64,000 nt of DNA, from NCBI RefSeq assembly GCF_964188315.1, contig NC_135663.1:682001-746000 (forward strand), given 5' to 3'. The position numbers and the translations under genes were made by a program. Positions 10,964 through 23,809 of this stretch are shown in pieces; the stretch's first letter is position 1, and every line of letters starts with the position of its first letter. The notes below the pieces were generated by a model, which saw nothing but the letters and a program-made list of their open reading frames with translations, did no database searches and was not told the DNA's origin. Source of the stretch: Podarcis muralis (taxonomy: Eukaryota).

Positions 10964-10992
10964 AAGGAAGGAAGGAAGGAAGGAAGGAAGGA
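10964..10992. repeat. (GGAA)n microsatellite
   Basis: Direct reading. Confidence 0.9.
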
Positions 10993-12864
10993 GTTGTGTC
11001 AGGTGGTACAGGGAAGCACAATCAGCTTTGCTTCCAGCGCGTGCAAGTGCTAGGATACACCTTGTGCCTGGACCCGGCATCCTGTGGCACTTGGACAAGG
11101 AGACCAGGCAGAGCCAGGCTGCCAGTCACCCATCTCTACCCTGAGGCTTCTCTTGACAGCCCCTTGCCCTGTATGCAGACAGAAAAGGCACTGAATTGGA
11201 GTTCCTGGCACCCCAGCTGGGATTTCCGCCCGCCCCCAGTCTAAGGAAGTAGCCTGAAGCTGTGTACATGAAAGCAGTCCTGAATCGGCCTTTCTGTGAA
11301 AGGGACATGTTGCTCCTTGGGCAATTCTTTTTTGGGGGGAGTGGTGTTTGGAGCCTGAGGCATCTGCTCAATTGCAGGACCACAGAGACTGAAGGCCAGT
11401 TTTTGACCTTGCCTGCTTTTGTGTCAGGGCTCTTGCTTTGAAAGGCAGGGCAAGATGGCTGATGTAGATCCCAATTTAGCCCTGGCATGCTGGCCAGTCA
11501 GCTGATACAACAAACCAATCTGTATCTTGGGAAAGGCAGGCTCCTTCCTGGAGCGCCAGCTTGGGAAGTCACTCCTGGGCTGCAGGAGGGAGGGTGGGGC
11601 CAGGTGTGGGCCGGTGGCTTGCTTGCCTAGGCTGGGTCACCTCATCATGGTCTGGGTCTTCAAGAAAGAAAGCTAAATGGAGGGAATCATAGTTGAACTT
11701 GCAGCGTCTGCACCTGGAAAACTCATGCCCATTCAGACTGAAATGCAGCCCTTCATCCATCTCTCTCTTTTAAAATGTGTTTATTCCTGTGTGTGTCTTG
11801 AAGAAGACTGCTTTGCTCCCCAAAAGTTTCCCACTCAAGAACTATGCAAGGAACGTGAACCACGGCTTGCTGCCTGCACCACGAGAGCCTAAGATTGCGT
11901 CTTGGGTTTAATGGGTGGCTGTAGATGTCGCTGATATTCATGGACTTCATAGGTCATGGGTTGAATGCCTCGTGGAGGGCAGGATGAGGTGGGCGAAAAG
12001 GGCACCAAGCCGTTGTTGTCCTTGCGTTGGAGCGTGGCTGCAGCTGGCCTTTCCATAGCCAGAAACAGGTGGGCTGAAATCATCCGCTCTGGATGGGGAG
12101 AGCACCTGCCTCGGGTGGGGCTGGAGAGGGTGTTGCTGCAGCTGAGAGGCAGGCAGGGAGGCCGCCTTGTCCAGCCTGGGACAGGGCAGGGAAAAGCCTT
12201 GTTGCTGGTGCTCTGCTGTGGCTGCTGGGCATACATCTCCTCTTCCGAAGAGGCATTTCCTCCTTGGAGCCTGGGGCAGAGCGGCTTTTAGGGGGAGGAA
12301 AATTTGCGCAACAGCATCAGGTATTCAGATTCTGGCACTCCACTTGCATATTGCACATCATTCCTGCTGGCTGCAACCTTTGGCTTGTCCTTGGCACACA
12401 GTTAGGCTGTTTGGTCCTGGTCCTGTAGGAGCTGCGAAGCCACGATGAGGCGGGCAAGGCACTGGCGCATTGGGGGGTGGGGCGTGCTCTGTATTTTTTT
12501 AATATTTATATTAACGTGGTGCACCTGAAGCAGCAGAACCAGACGCTTTCACCTGCCTCACCTGCCAGAAAACATGTCTCTCCAGTCACAGCAGGCGCTG
12601 TAACTCTCCTGTGGTTGGACTTTACTCCCAAAGGCTCCCTCCTCCGCTGTCTCCTGAGACAGAAGGATGCCAACCGTATATGAACAAAACTTAAGCTCTG
12701 CCCTTCTGGTGCATTTATTCTGGCCGGATTGCAACCAGTGGGATCCCAGTGATGTTCTCACAATGGCCATCTTAGGGTTGGGTGGAAGTAGACCTTCCCC
12801 TCCGAGACGTGGACTGCTCTCCTTACCCACTTGGCCAAGCGCCCTCTGACTGCGTTCACCAGCC

Positions 12865-13125
12865 AGGAAGGACTGTGGCTTAGTGGCAGAGGACATGCTT
12901 TGCATGCCTGATGTCCCTGGTTCAGTGCCCTGCTTCTCCAGGTAGGGCTGGGGCTGAAACTCTGGAGAGCGTCTGCCAGGTGCTGGGCACAGTGCTGATC
13001 TAGATAGACCCGTGGCCCGACTCCCAAGAAGGCACGTCCTTAGGCTGGTCTCACCACACTTCAGGGATCTCGACCACATCCTTCTGCTAAAGCAGAGGCT
13101 CTCCCCCTAGGAAGCCTTCCTCCAT
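12865..13125 (+). mobile_element. Squam2-like SINE
   Basis: A/B box head (ggcttagtggcagag, ggttcagtgccc); tgaaactctggagag body; boundaries approximate. Confidence 0.45.
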
Positions 13126-13159
13126 CAAGAGGGGCATTCAGCCCAGTGACTGTCCGTTA

Positions 13160-13515
13160 AAGGTAAAGGGTAAAGGGACCCCTGACCATTAGGTCCAGTC
13201 ATGGCCGACTCTGGGGTTGCAGCGCTCATCTCGCTTTACTGACCGAGGGAGCTGGAGTACAGCTTCCGGGTCATGTGGCCAGCATGACTAAGCCGCTTCT
13301 GGTGAACCAGAGCAGCGCACAGAAACGCCGTTTACCTTCCCGCCGGAGCGGTACCTATTTATCTACTTGCACTTTGACGTGCTTTCGAACTGCTAGGTGG
13401 GCAGGAGCAGGGACCGAGCAACGGGAGCTCACCCCGTCGCGGGGATTCGAACCGCCGACCTTCTGATCGGCAAGCCCTAGGCTCTGTGGTTTAACGCACA
13501 GCGCCACCCGCGTCC
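13160..13515 (-). mobile_element. Sauria SINE
   Basis: aaggtaaagg tail in reverse, reverse B box ggggattcgaacc; gtccgtta repeated at both ends (13152, 13512). Confidence 0.9.
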
Positions 13516-14584
13516 GTTAGATGGTCCCAAAGACCCTACGCAAACTGCCCAGGGCAAAAGATATGCGAGGGCAACTGTGGAGAAAGCAGCCTTGAAGTTC
13601 AGGTTTGCCACTCTCAGAGATACAGGCCACACCTGGCCTGACTCTGCAGGCACACAGGCAAGAGCTGGGAATGGAAAGAGCCTGAGCTGTGCACCCCAGA
13701 GGCAGAAAGTTGGCTACCAGTCCCCCCTGCTCCCCCCCCCCAGCCCCAAGTTCCAGCTGAGCACTTTGTTCTTCGGAAGTTTGTTCTGCAGGGAGAACAA
13801 GGGGCGCTTGAGAGGCTGGCCTTTGCACGCTTGGCAGGACGCTCCATCTTAGCAGCAGGGGAGAAGGGACAATGCCTGACAATGGGGACTTTGTTGGCTT
13901 CCTCTTTTGCCCGGAGGCGCCAGCCTTGGCTGTCAGCAAAGCCTCTGGGCACAGGCGGCTGGCAAGTTGGGGGCTGGAGCTCCGGGAGAGGAGGGCAGAG
14001 CAAGGGGAGGGGTAGCTGCAGCCCCCAGGGGTGTTTTGCAGGTGGCAGAGCGGCGGGGGCACCGTCCTGCAGCCCTCTCAGAGCTGCACCCCAGGATAGT
14101 TCTGCACTGCCATGTGCTGTCTCAGTGTTTCAGCAAGATGGGAAGGGCAGCTGCCTCCTCCTCAATCGCGTGGATCGGGGCCTTGTGGGTGTCATCAGCC
14201 TGCCCAGAGCTTAATAGCAGAGCAGGGATGTCCAGCTTTCGGCCCAGGCATCTCCAGCTGGGACTCCCCTCTGCCAGGGAGCTCCTTCATGTGAGTGGAG
14301 GCGCTGAGTCCTCTGCAGGATCCGTCCCCTTTCCCCCTCTCTCTTATCCTCTGGGAAGTCAGGATGGCCTTTGACCCCCAGAGCTCCCTAGTGCCTTGAA
14401 GGCCCTGGGTAGGGTCAGCTCCAAGCTCTGGCCCGGTTGCAGGTTCCCTTCAAGCTTTCTCTGACTTCACCCGCCTCTGAAGCGAGTCTTGGCTGCTATG
14501 AAGTTTGCTGCCTCCTCTGCTTGCAGTGCTCTGTCACTTAATGGATATCCAGGGTGGGGGGCATGGTTTTTGGTCTGCCACCTT

Positions 14585-15140
14585 TTCTTTTTAATTGGAA
14601 GTTCAAAAAGTACATAATTATATGTGTACTAAACATGATGAGACGCAAACGAGAGAGGAAAAAGAAAAAGAGAAACAGCACCCGTGGAGAAGGGGAAATA
14701 AAGGGAGCAGAGGAAGAAACCCAAAACTGTATACAGTCGTACCTTGGTTTTTGAACAGCTTAGTTCCTGAATGCTTTGGCTCCTGAACGCCACAAACCTG
14801 GAAGTGAGAGTTCCGGTTTGCGAACTATTTTTGGAAGCCGAACAGGGCTTTCAATTGGCTGCAGGAGCTTCCTGCAGCCAATCAGAAGCCGCGCTCTGGT
14901 TTCCGAACATTTTGGAAGTCAAACGGTCTTCTGAACAGATTCCGTTCGACTTCCAAGGTATGACTGTACTTTACAGAGTTGCTATTGTACTTCGCCAGAT
15001 CTTGACCCGTTACAGTATTTGTAAGAATGGATTCCAAATACCATTGAATTTGTCTGCGTTTATATGCAAGTTGTTCATACGTTGCAAGTTTCTACAAGTT
15101 TTCAATCCAATCATGGAAGGGAGCCGCATTTTTATTTTTC
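14585..15140 (-). mobile_element. L1-like LINE 3' fragment interrupted by a MITE
   Basis: Minus strand reads DWIENL*KLATYEQLAY and, frameshifted, DKFNGIWNPFL, resembling an L1 ORF2 C-terminus; boundaries approximate. Confidence 0.55.
14734..14966. mobile_element. pogo/Tigger-like MITE
   Basis: TIR cagtcgtaccttgg / ccaaggtatgactg, TA at both ends. Confidence 0.85.
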
Positions 15141-15516
15141 CAATTCGTCAGTGTCCATCCTTTTGCTGTGGCAAGGGCCCCCTTGACTTCAGAGGCAGGG
15201 AGGTCTGTCCCTTGTCCAGGAAGAGGAGACCAGGCTGCTCGGGGCGTCCAGCCTCGCAGCACTGGGAGGAGCCCCATCTGGACTGTGCATGAGCAGCAGC
15301 TTGGCTTGCGGGTGGGGGGTGGGTGGGTGTCGGGGTGCCAGACTCGCGGAGCTGATGGCGCGCGCACTAACCACTCTCCTGTCTCTCTTCTTCCCTCCGC
15401 ACTTTGTTCTGTCCTGCCACTGCCGCTGTGTCTCTGTGTCTCCCTGTTCCTGTCTTCCCCATCTGTCTGTCTGCCTGTCTCCTCCTCCTCTGCCTTCTGC
15501 TCCTGCCGGCCTCCAG

Positions 15517-15537
15517 ACCACCACCAGGAGGCCCAAG
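15517..15537 (+). CDS. DCTN1: DCTN1 exon 7 microexon (TTTRRPK)
   Basis: ctccag|ACC ACC ACC AGG AGG CCC AAG|gtgaga; identical peptide to human exon 7. Confidence 0.92.
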
Positions 15538-15764
15538 GTGAGAACTGGTGGGCTTTGCGCAGCTCTTTTGAATGCTCTCTGCTGCTGAAGGGTCTGAGGC
15601 CCCTCTGAGCTGACCCTTGCTACAACCTCTCTCCTCTGTGGCGGGGTAGGGAGGGCATCTCAGTATATCTCAGCCTCACCTACCTCCGTGGTTGCTGTGG
15701 GGATTATATGGGCAGGAGAACCACGGGTGCTCCCTGGAGAAACATGGGATAATGCAAATGAAAA

Positions 15765-16125
15765 AGCCAGGGCCTTTTCGGCCATGGCCCCAATCTGGTG
15801 GAACGCTCTGTCCCAAGAGACCAGGGCCCTGCGGGACTTGACATCTTTCCGCAGGGCCTGCAAGACAGAGCTGTTCCACCAGGCCTTTGGCCAGGGCACA
15901 GTCTGACCCCCTCCTTCGACAATCCTCACAGAACTCTAGCCCATGGTTGCCATTAATTTGATTCTGAATTGATTTGATTCTGAATTGATTTTAGAATGTA
16001 TTTTAATTTATTGATTGTGATTTTATGTAAACTGTGTTACTTTTATTGTTAGCCGCTCTGAGCCCGGCTTCGGCTGGGGAGGGCGGGATATAAATAAATT
16101 ATTATGATTATGATTATTATTATAT
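15765..16125 (+). mobile_element. L2 LINE 3' fragment (second subfamily)
   Basis: RAFSAMAPIWWNALSQETRALRDLTSFRRACKTELFHQAF followed by an AT-rich tail. Confidence 0.75.
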
Positions 16126-17388
16126 GACATGGCATGAGTTTCTCATCTTCTAGCAAGGAGGCCAATTTTAGTGACAAGAGGCATAGTTTGATAAGACGGT
16201 AATTTCACATTTTGGGGGCTCTCTGATGTATGCTATCTGGACACAGTGACTTGGTTAATTTTCAACTTGCCCGTTGTCCCCTCCCTCTGATGTGGGCCTT
16301 CAGGTGCTCTCCCAGGCAGATTCTTGAAATGTGAGCGGGAATGTGCACCCATATCGCCATCCTGGGCCCAGAGAAGCCAACTGGGCAAATGCAGAGCAGG
16401 CCTGTCTGGAGGCAGGCGTGGGAGCAGATCCCACAAAGCCCCATATCTGCCCCTCGGCCGCTTCGATTGATAGAAGTGGCACCGCTGCAGGTGCCACATA
16501 ATGCCAGTTCTGCACTTGCCATAACTTGATTATTTAGTGTGGCAGTACAAGCACTTTGGAACTCCCTTCCGGTTGAGCTCAAGCAGGTGCCTCCTTCACA
16601 GTACCCTTTTCGCCACCTGCTAAAACCAGTCTTCTTTAGACCCAGATGCTTAGAAAGTTGGAGTAATTTTAAAAGTTGAAAGTATTCTAACTTTGGGGTG
16701 TTTTGTGTTTTCAAGTGGGTTTTTCTTGATTTTCTTGTTTTACCTTTTCGTAAACCTCTTTGAGGTCCCCCTCCTCCCTTTTTTTTTTACAATAAAGCGG
16801 TTTATCCATTTTATGAAATAAATAAAAGACGAGCTGTGAAGCCAGCGTCCCGCTGCAGGGGAGCCTGGCTGAGCAGGACTCCAGGTTGCAGAGCTCTCAG
16901 GGGTGAGAAGCACCCCAGCGCCTTCTTGGAATGACCCTTCCCTTGACAGTGTCAGGGTTCCCTTTGAACCAGGGCGGTGCCTTGATTTTAAGGCCAAGTT
17001 TCATCCTTGGGATACAAATAGGAATGGCTAAGAGAGTACCCCAGAGCTGGTACAGAGTGCTTTTACCTTCACCACAGCCAGTCCCTATGAGTCAAGCAGG
17101 GCTTCCAAAAAATAATGGGGAGTTTTGCTGTCAAAGTAACATTTTTTTACACACACACACACTCTCTCCTCTGCATTGCCCTTAAGTGCCAGAATCTACT
17201 CCAACTCCTGCAGATTCCTGGATTCATCAGTCCCTGTGTGTTCCTTGCAGAAGCTGTGTGAGATCTGCCGTTTTGGTTGTGCAATGCCATTGCCCCAGAG
17301 AGCAGCCCATGGGCTCTGCAAAGCCAGCGTCCTTCTAACATGCTTTTCCTCCTTCTTCTCCTTCTCCGCCCCAATGGCGGCCTTGCAG

Positions 17389-17580
17389 CCCACCCGGACG
17401 GCCAGCTCAGCAGCCTCCAGCGGCACAACGGGGCTCTCGGGCTCAGCTTCTGCCTCGGCCGGCGAGATGAGCAGCAGTGAGCCAAGCACTCCTGCGCAGA
17501 CGCCTCTGGCTGCTCCCGTGGTTCCCACGCCGTCACTGACTTCTCCCGTGGCTCCGCCATCAATCCTGTCACCCACCAAG
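17389..17580 (+). CDS. DCTN1: DCTN1 exon 8
   Basis: PTRTAS...[19 protein letters not shown]...SPTK; AG/GT, 192 nt. Confidence 0.95.
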
Positions 17581-17830
17581 GTAAATGGGCCCCAGGGCCT
17601 CTGGGCGGCTTCCGGGGAGGCTGCATTGGCTCTGCTGAGCTTTCCCGCCATTTACAACTTGGGGCTTGTGGGATGAGCAGGGAGGGTGAGCTTTGGGATC
17701 CCATTGGCCTCGAAGCCGAGAGCCTCCGACAGCCCTCCTTATGTGCACAAATTCATCAGAGGCAGCCCTCGTAGCGTGGTAATCTGCAGCTCCCTTGTTG
17801 TTGGCATCTCCTGAAAGCAGGAAATTACAA

Positions 17831-17832
<2 letters not shown>

Positions 17833-17891
<59 letters not shown>

Positions 17892-18592
17892 TTATTTATA
17901 TCCCTCCCATCTGGCTGGGTTTCCCCAGCCACTCTGGGCGGCTTCCAACAAATACAGTACAGTGGTGCCTCGCAAGACGAAAAGAATCCGTTCCGCGATT
18001 CTCTTCGTCTAGCGGTTTTTTCGTCTTGCGAAGCAAGCCCATTGACAGCGGAATAGCGCTACAGCGGTCTAGCGGCTTTCAGCGATCAGCTGTTAAGCGG
18101 CTTATCAGCGGAACAGCTGATAAGCGGCTTAGCGCCTTAGGAAAGGGGGGGGGGAGCGGAAAAAACCCGCGGGGACGCGCAAGATTTTTTCGTCTTGCGA
18201 AACAACCCCATAGGGAAATTCGTTTTTCGAAGCGCCTCCAAAACGGAAAACCCTTTCGTCTAGCGGGTTTTCCGTCTTGCAAGGCGTTCGTCTTGCGGGG
18301 CACCACTGTAGTCTGTTAAACATTAAAAGCTTCCCTAAACAGGGCTGCCTTCAGATGTCTTCTAAAAGTCAGATAATTGTTTATTTCCTTTACATCTGGT
18401 GGGAGGGCGTTCCACAGGGCGGGCGCCACCACCGAGAAGGCCCTCTGCCTGGTTCCCCTGTAACCTGGCTTCTCTCAGTGAGGGAACCGCCAGAAGGCCC
18501 TTGGGAGATGGACCCCAGTGTCTGGGCTGAACAATGGGGGTAGAGACGCTCCTTCAGGTCTTCTGGACTGAGGCCGTTTAGGGCTTTCAAGG
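17833..18592 (-). mobile_element. L2 LINE 3' fragment with (TAA)n tail, split by a MITE
   Basis: Halves rejoin and match the uninterrupted copy at 58205-58636. Confidence 0.8.
17960..18308. mobile_element. pogo/Tigger-like MITE (cagtggtgcc family)
   Basis: TIR cagtggtgcctcgcaagacg / cgtcttgcggggcaccactg, TA TSD. Confidence 0.88.
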
Positions 18593-18915
18593 TGTCCAGT
18601 GAGCCCAGAACCTGTCCTCAGAGTTCCCCAGCTTTCGTGCGCTGTTACGGATATTGAAATTGCTGTTCAGTTTTGATGTGCTCTCTCACAGCAACCCTCT
18701 GACTTGGAGAAATATTATTCCTACTGAACAGATGGACAGCTGAGACTAAGCCGTGAATGTGTTCAAAAGAACCACAGAATAGTAGAGTCGGAAGGGACCC
18801 CAAGGGCCATCTAGTCCAGCCTCCTGCCATGGAGGAATAGGCAGGCGGCCCATAGGGGGGTGGTACCTGCATCCTTGGCATTGTCAGCACCAGGCTGAGC
18901 TAAGTGGAGAGTCTC

Positions 18916-19167
18916 CATGAGTAGGCAACCTAAGGCCCGGGGGCCGGATGCGGCCCAATCGCCTTCTAAATCCGGCCCACGGACGGTCCGGGAATCAGCG
19001 TGTTTTTACATGAGTAGAAGGTGTCCTTTTATTTAAAATGCATCTCTGGGTTATTTGTGGGGCAGAGGAATTCGTTCATTCCTCCCCCCACCCAAAATAG
19101 TCCGGCCCCCCACAAGGTCTGAGGGACAGTGGACCGGCCCCCTGCTGAAAAAGTTTGCTGACCCCTA
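18916..19167 (+). mobile_element. OC1 (OposCharlie1)-like hAT MITE
   Basis: ggcccgggggccggatgcggccc near the 5' end; 3' end gtctgagggacagtggaccggccccctgctgaaaaagtttgctgacccct resembles recalled OC1 terminus; no TSD. Confidence 0.65.
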
Positions 19168-19596
19168 TTTCCCAGCAGGGGATAATGGTGGTGGCCCCCC
19201 AGATTTGGCCAGACTGCAAGTTCCCCCTCCCTGCTCTGGGGACCAAGCCTCCCCTTCCTTCTTTGACAACTGGGGGGCTTCTCTGCAATGTTTAGTTGCA
19301 GGACCACGTGACATTGTCTGGATGTTACAGTTCTTGACACAGACTTTGAAAGTCTATAACTATTTGTAAGCCTGGAAAGGAAAGGTGGAACATTGCATTT
19401 CAAAAGGAAGCGCATTCCTTGTGCTAATGCTATGCGAGTGTTCCATGCTCCAAGGAGAGGCTGGTGCTTCTGTGTTACAGCAGGGATTGTGATCCAGACC
19501 CTGGAGGCGGAAGGAAGTGCCCCCTGGTGGAGAGGAGGTGGCACTGCAGCCCTTCCCGTGAGAATTGCCTTATTAGGGCTAAACTGCAAAGCATCA

Positions 19597-19715
19597 CAGA
19601 CTTGGAAGGGACCCTGAGGATCATCTAGTCCAACCCACTGCAATGCAGGAATAGGCAGCTGCCCCATACGGGGATCAAACCCGCAACCTTGGCGTAACCA
19701 GCTGAGCTATCCAGG
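19597..19715 (-). mobile_element. Short SINE with tRNA-like head and CR1-like tail
   Basis: ttggaagggaccctgaggatcatctagtccaaccc plus reverse B box gggatcaaaccc. Confidence 0.45.
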
Positions 19716-19868
19716 TCATGTTATACAGATGGATACTGCAGGTTAAATAGGAGTGATGTGGCAGGAGGTCTCCCCTGGTGCCAGCCAGGTGGCTCTTTCC
19801 TGCTTGGAGGTCCAGGCTTGAGCGCGCAGGGTGTGGCTTCTCATGGTGGGACCCTCCTTGCCTTGCAG

Positions 19869-20066
19869 GAGGAGGAGAACCTGCGCAGCCAGGTGCGAGA
19901 CCTGGAGGAGAAGCTGGAGACCCTCAAGATGAAGCGGAACGAGGACAAGGCCAAGCTGAAGGAGCTGGAGAAGTACAAGATCCAGCTGGAGCAGGTCCAG
20001 GAGTGGAAGAGCAAAATGCAAGAGCAGCAGGCAGAGCTCCAGAAGCGCCTGAAGGAGGCCAAAAAG
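19869..20066 (+). CDS. DCTN1: DCTN1 exon 9
   Basis: [19 protein letters not shown]...RLKEAKK; 198 nt. Confidence 0.97.
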
Positions 20067-20219
20067 GTGAGATAGGAGACGGGCAGCCTACAAAGCATGC
20101 TGGGAACTGAGGAGCTCTGCCTGGGGCAGAGGGGCACCCAGCAGCGCAGGGCTTGGTCCATGCCAGGCCTTGGAAGTCTCAGGGGGTCTCCTTTCAGGGG
20201 AAGCCTCTTCCTCCTAGCC

Positions 20220-20551
20220 CAGGGGTCTGCAACCCGCGGTTCCGGAGCCGCATGTGGCTCTTTTACACCTTTGCCGCGGCTCCGGGGTGGATACTAGCGA
20301 GGGGAGGAGGCGCGTTGTGCACCCCGACACTCCCCACTGTGGCGGGCGATGTACTGGCTGTGACGTCGCATGGGGGCGGTGCGTGCCTTAGTCACGCACC
20401 GTCCCGACGTCACCTTCCCGCCCGCTGTCAGATTGCGGCTCTGGAGATATATTTGTTTTAAATGTCGCAATGGTTTTGCGGCTCCCAGTTGTTGTTTTCT
20501 TCGGAAACGGGTCCAAGTGGCTCTTTTTGTCTTAAAGGTTGCAGACCCCTG
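20220..20551. mobile_element. hAT (Charlie-type) MITE
   Basis: Perfect 15-bp TIR caggggtctgcaacc / ggttgcagacccctg; TSD tcctagcc / gcctagcc. Confidence 0.88.
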
Positions 20552-20793
20552 GCCTAGCCCAAGCAGCCCACGCACCCTCCTTCCCCCAGCATCCCTCAGA
20601 TTTGGGCTGCTCTGCTTGGTCCTTCCCCTGCTGCTCTTCAGAGGGCCTTTCCCAAGACTTGGCCCTGAGATGCCGTCCTGGTTGCCGCTGGTGGCTGCCA
20701 GGCAGGAGTCTCTCAGGGGAGCTGGGCACCCAGGGTGGCTTGAGGGTGGGAGCCGCACGACCGGCCAGGCCCAGCTGCCTCCTCTCCTCCCAG

Positions 20794-20998
20794 GAAGCCA
20801 AAGAGGCCTTGGAGGCCAAAGAGCGCTACATGGAGGAGATGGCTGACACGGCTGACGCCATCGAGATGGCCACTCTGGACAAGGAGATGGCAGAGGAGCG
20901 GGCAGAGTCCCTGCAGCAGGAGGTGGACTCCCTGAAGGAGAAGGTGGAGTACCTCACTATGGACCTGGAGATCCTGAAGCACGAGATTGAGGAGAAGG
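20794..20998 (+). CDS. DCTN1: DCTN1 exon 10
   Basis: [35 protein letters not shown]...; 205 nt. Confidence 0.97.
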
Positions 20999-21389
20999 GT
21001 GAGAGCGGCGGGGGCTCCGGGGGTGTGTGGCAGGAACACTGGCATCTCACTTGGTGGGTGGGTGGCTGGGCCCAGCCTGCCCTGCCCTTTCTTTCAGGGA
21101 GAAAAAGCTCTCCAAGCGGTGGAAGGGTGGATTTCTCCCAGGGCCTCACCTGGCTGGCTGCATCCTTGGGAGAGGCTCTACCACACTCCTGAGCAGGGCC
21201 CGGATCCCCCACAGCAGCAGGGGGCGCTGGGTGCCCTCCTAGCAGGAAGGCAGCTGAGATGCCCCTCCTCCCATAGGCTGGGTGGGGTGGCTGCCTGCTG
21301 AGCCAGAGGCCGGCCCGTTGCTTGCCAGTGAGTCAGTTGCGCCAGCTGCATCCGGTCGGGCTTTCACATGCTCCTTCCCACCTCTCTAG

Positions 21390-21468
21390 GATCTGACGGC
21401 GCTGCCTCCAGTTACCACGTCAAGCAGCTGGAAGAGCAGAATGGCCGGCTGAAGGAGGCGCTGGTGCG
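21390..21468 (+). CDS. DCTN1: DCTN1 exon 11
   Basis: [26 protein letters not shown]; 79 nt, phases fit. Confidence 0.96.
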
Positions 21469-21967
21469 GTAAGAACACAAGCATGCAACCAACACACACC
21501 TCCATGTCAGGCACACACTGCCCGGTGTCCTGGTTCCTGCAGCCTCTGAAGGCAGAATCCTGTCCCACCCTTCCTGGGTCTGTGGCGTGAGCTGTTTCTG
21601 TTGCCCAAGGAAGGCGACCCACTCCCAGAGAAGCTTCTCTCTTTTGAACTGGGCCCAGGCACACCAACACCCACCAACAAAAACATCAAATCTTATTACA
21701 TATTACATATATCCTACTTGGTGTTCTTAAATCTCAATAAAAAGCATTTGGGGGGAAAAATGAACTGGGCCCAGGCTTGTCTGAGGATATTTCAGGGGGC
21801 AGGGAGAAGCCTTTTCTAGCAGGTGCCCCCCCTCTTTCTCCATGCCAGCGTCCTGCTCCTCCTTCCCCTGTCTGGCTTGGGAGGGCCTTGGGGTGGCTCT
21901 GCTGCCCTCCCATCCCGGGGGCGCATGACGCTGAGCCGCCCTCTCTCTCCCCCTCTGGCCTCGGCAG

Positions 21968-22127
21968 GATGCGGGACCTGTCTGCCTCCGAGAAGCAGGA
22001 GCACGTCAAGCTCCAGAAGCACATGGAGAAGAAGAACACGGAGCTGGAGACGCTGCGGCAACAGAAGGAGAAGCTTCAGGAGGAGCTGAAGCAGGCGGAG
22101 AGGACCATCGACGAGCTGAAGGAGCAG
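21968..22127 (+). CDS. DCTN1: DCTN1 exon 12 (followed by a GC donor)
   Basis: [17 protein letters not shown]...DELKEQ|gcatgt; 160 nt. Confidence 0.93.
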
Positions 22128-22691
22128 GCATGTGCGCCCAGGGCCAGGCAGCCCCGCCTTGATGTCCCCTCCAAGCCTTGTGCTCAGCTGCGCTTGGGGG
22201 TTGCTGGGGAGAAGGGGGGGGGCTGGAGGCTTCCACCCCTGGCCAGGATCCCAAACAGGGAAGTCGAGTACTATGGCCTCTCAGGAGCATTCAACACCTG
22301 CAGTTTCAACCAGACGCGGTTGCAGGCTGACTGGTTGAGCTTTTACACTCTCTGCCTTGCTTGCTGGGTAAGCCCCCTCAGCACGTCGGCTCTGGAAGGT
22401 TAGGGATGCTCACAAAGGAGCAGTTTGAGTATAGAGGCTTAGCTCTCTTTTAAGATCCATTTCAGTAAGTTGTTTTGTCTTGGTTGCTTGTAAATGCCAG
22501 CTGCCTTGCTTCACTCTGTGAGAAAAGTTGACTAACAAGCATAACCAATAATAAGGAAGGTGACAATGGTCAGAGCTCAGCCTTGGTTTCTGGGGCCGGG
22601 CTCCCTCTTCTCTCCAGGGCAGGGGCTGGGATGGGGAGGCTGTGCCCGGATCGCTCCAGGTCTGGGCCCAACCCTGTGTCCTTTCTCGCAG

Positions 22692-22796
22692 GTGGATGCT
22701 GCTCTGGGGGCTGAGGAGATGGTGGAGACGCTGACCGAGAGGAACCTGGACCTGGAGGAGAAGGTCCGGGAGCTTCGCGAGACAGTTTCAGACCTG
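22692..22796 (+). CDS. DCTN1: DCTN1 exon 13
   Basis: [35 protein letters not shown]. Confidence 0.97.
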
Positions 22797-22806
22797 GTGA
22801 GATTGA

Positions 22807-23809
<1,003 letters not shown>

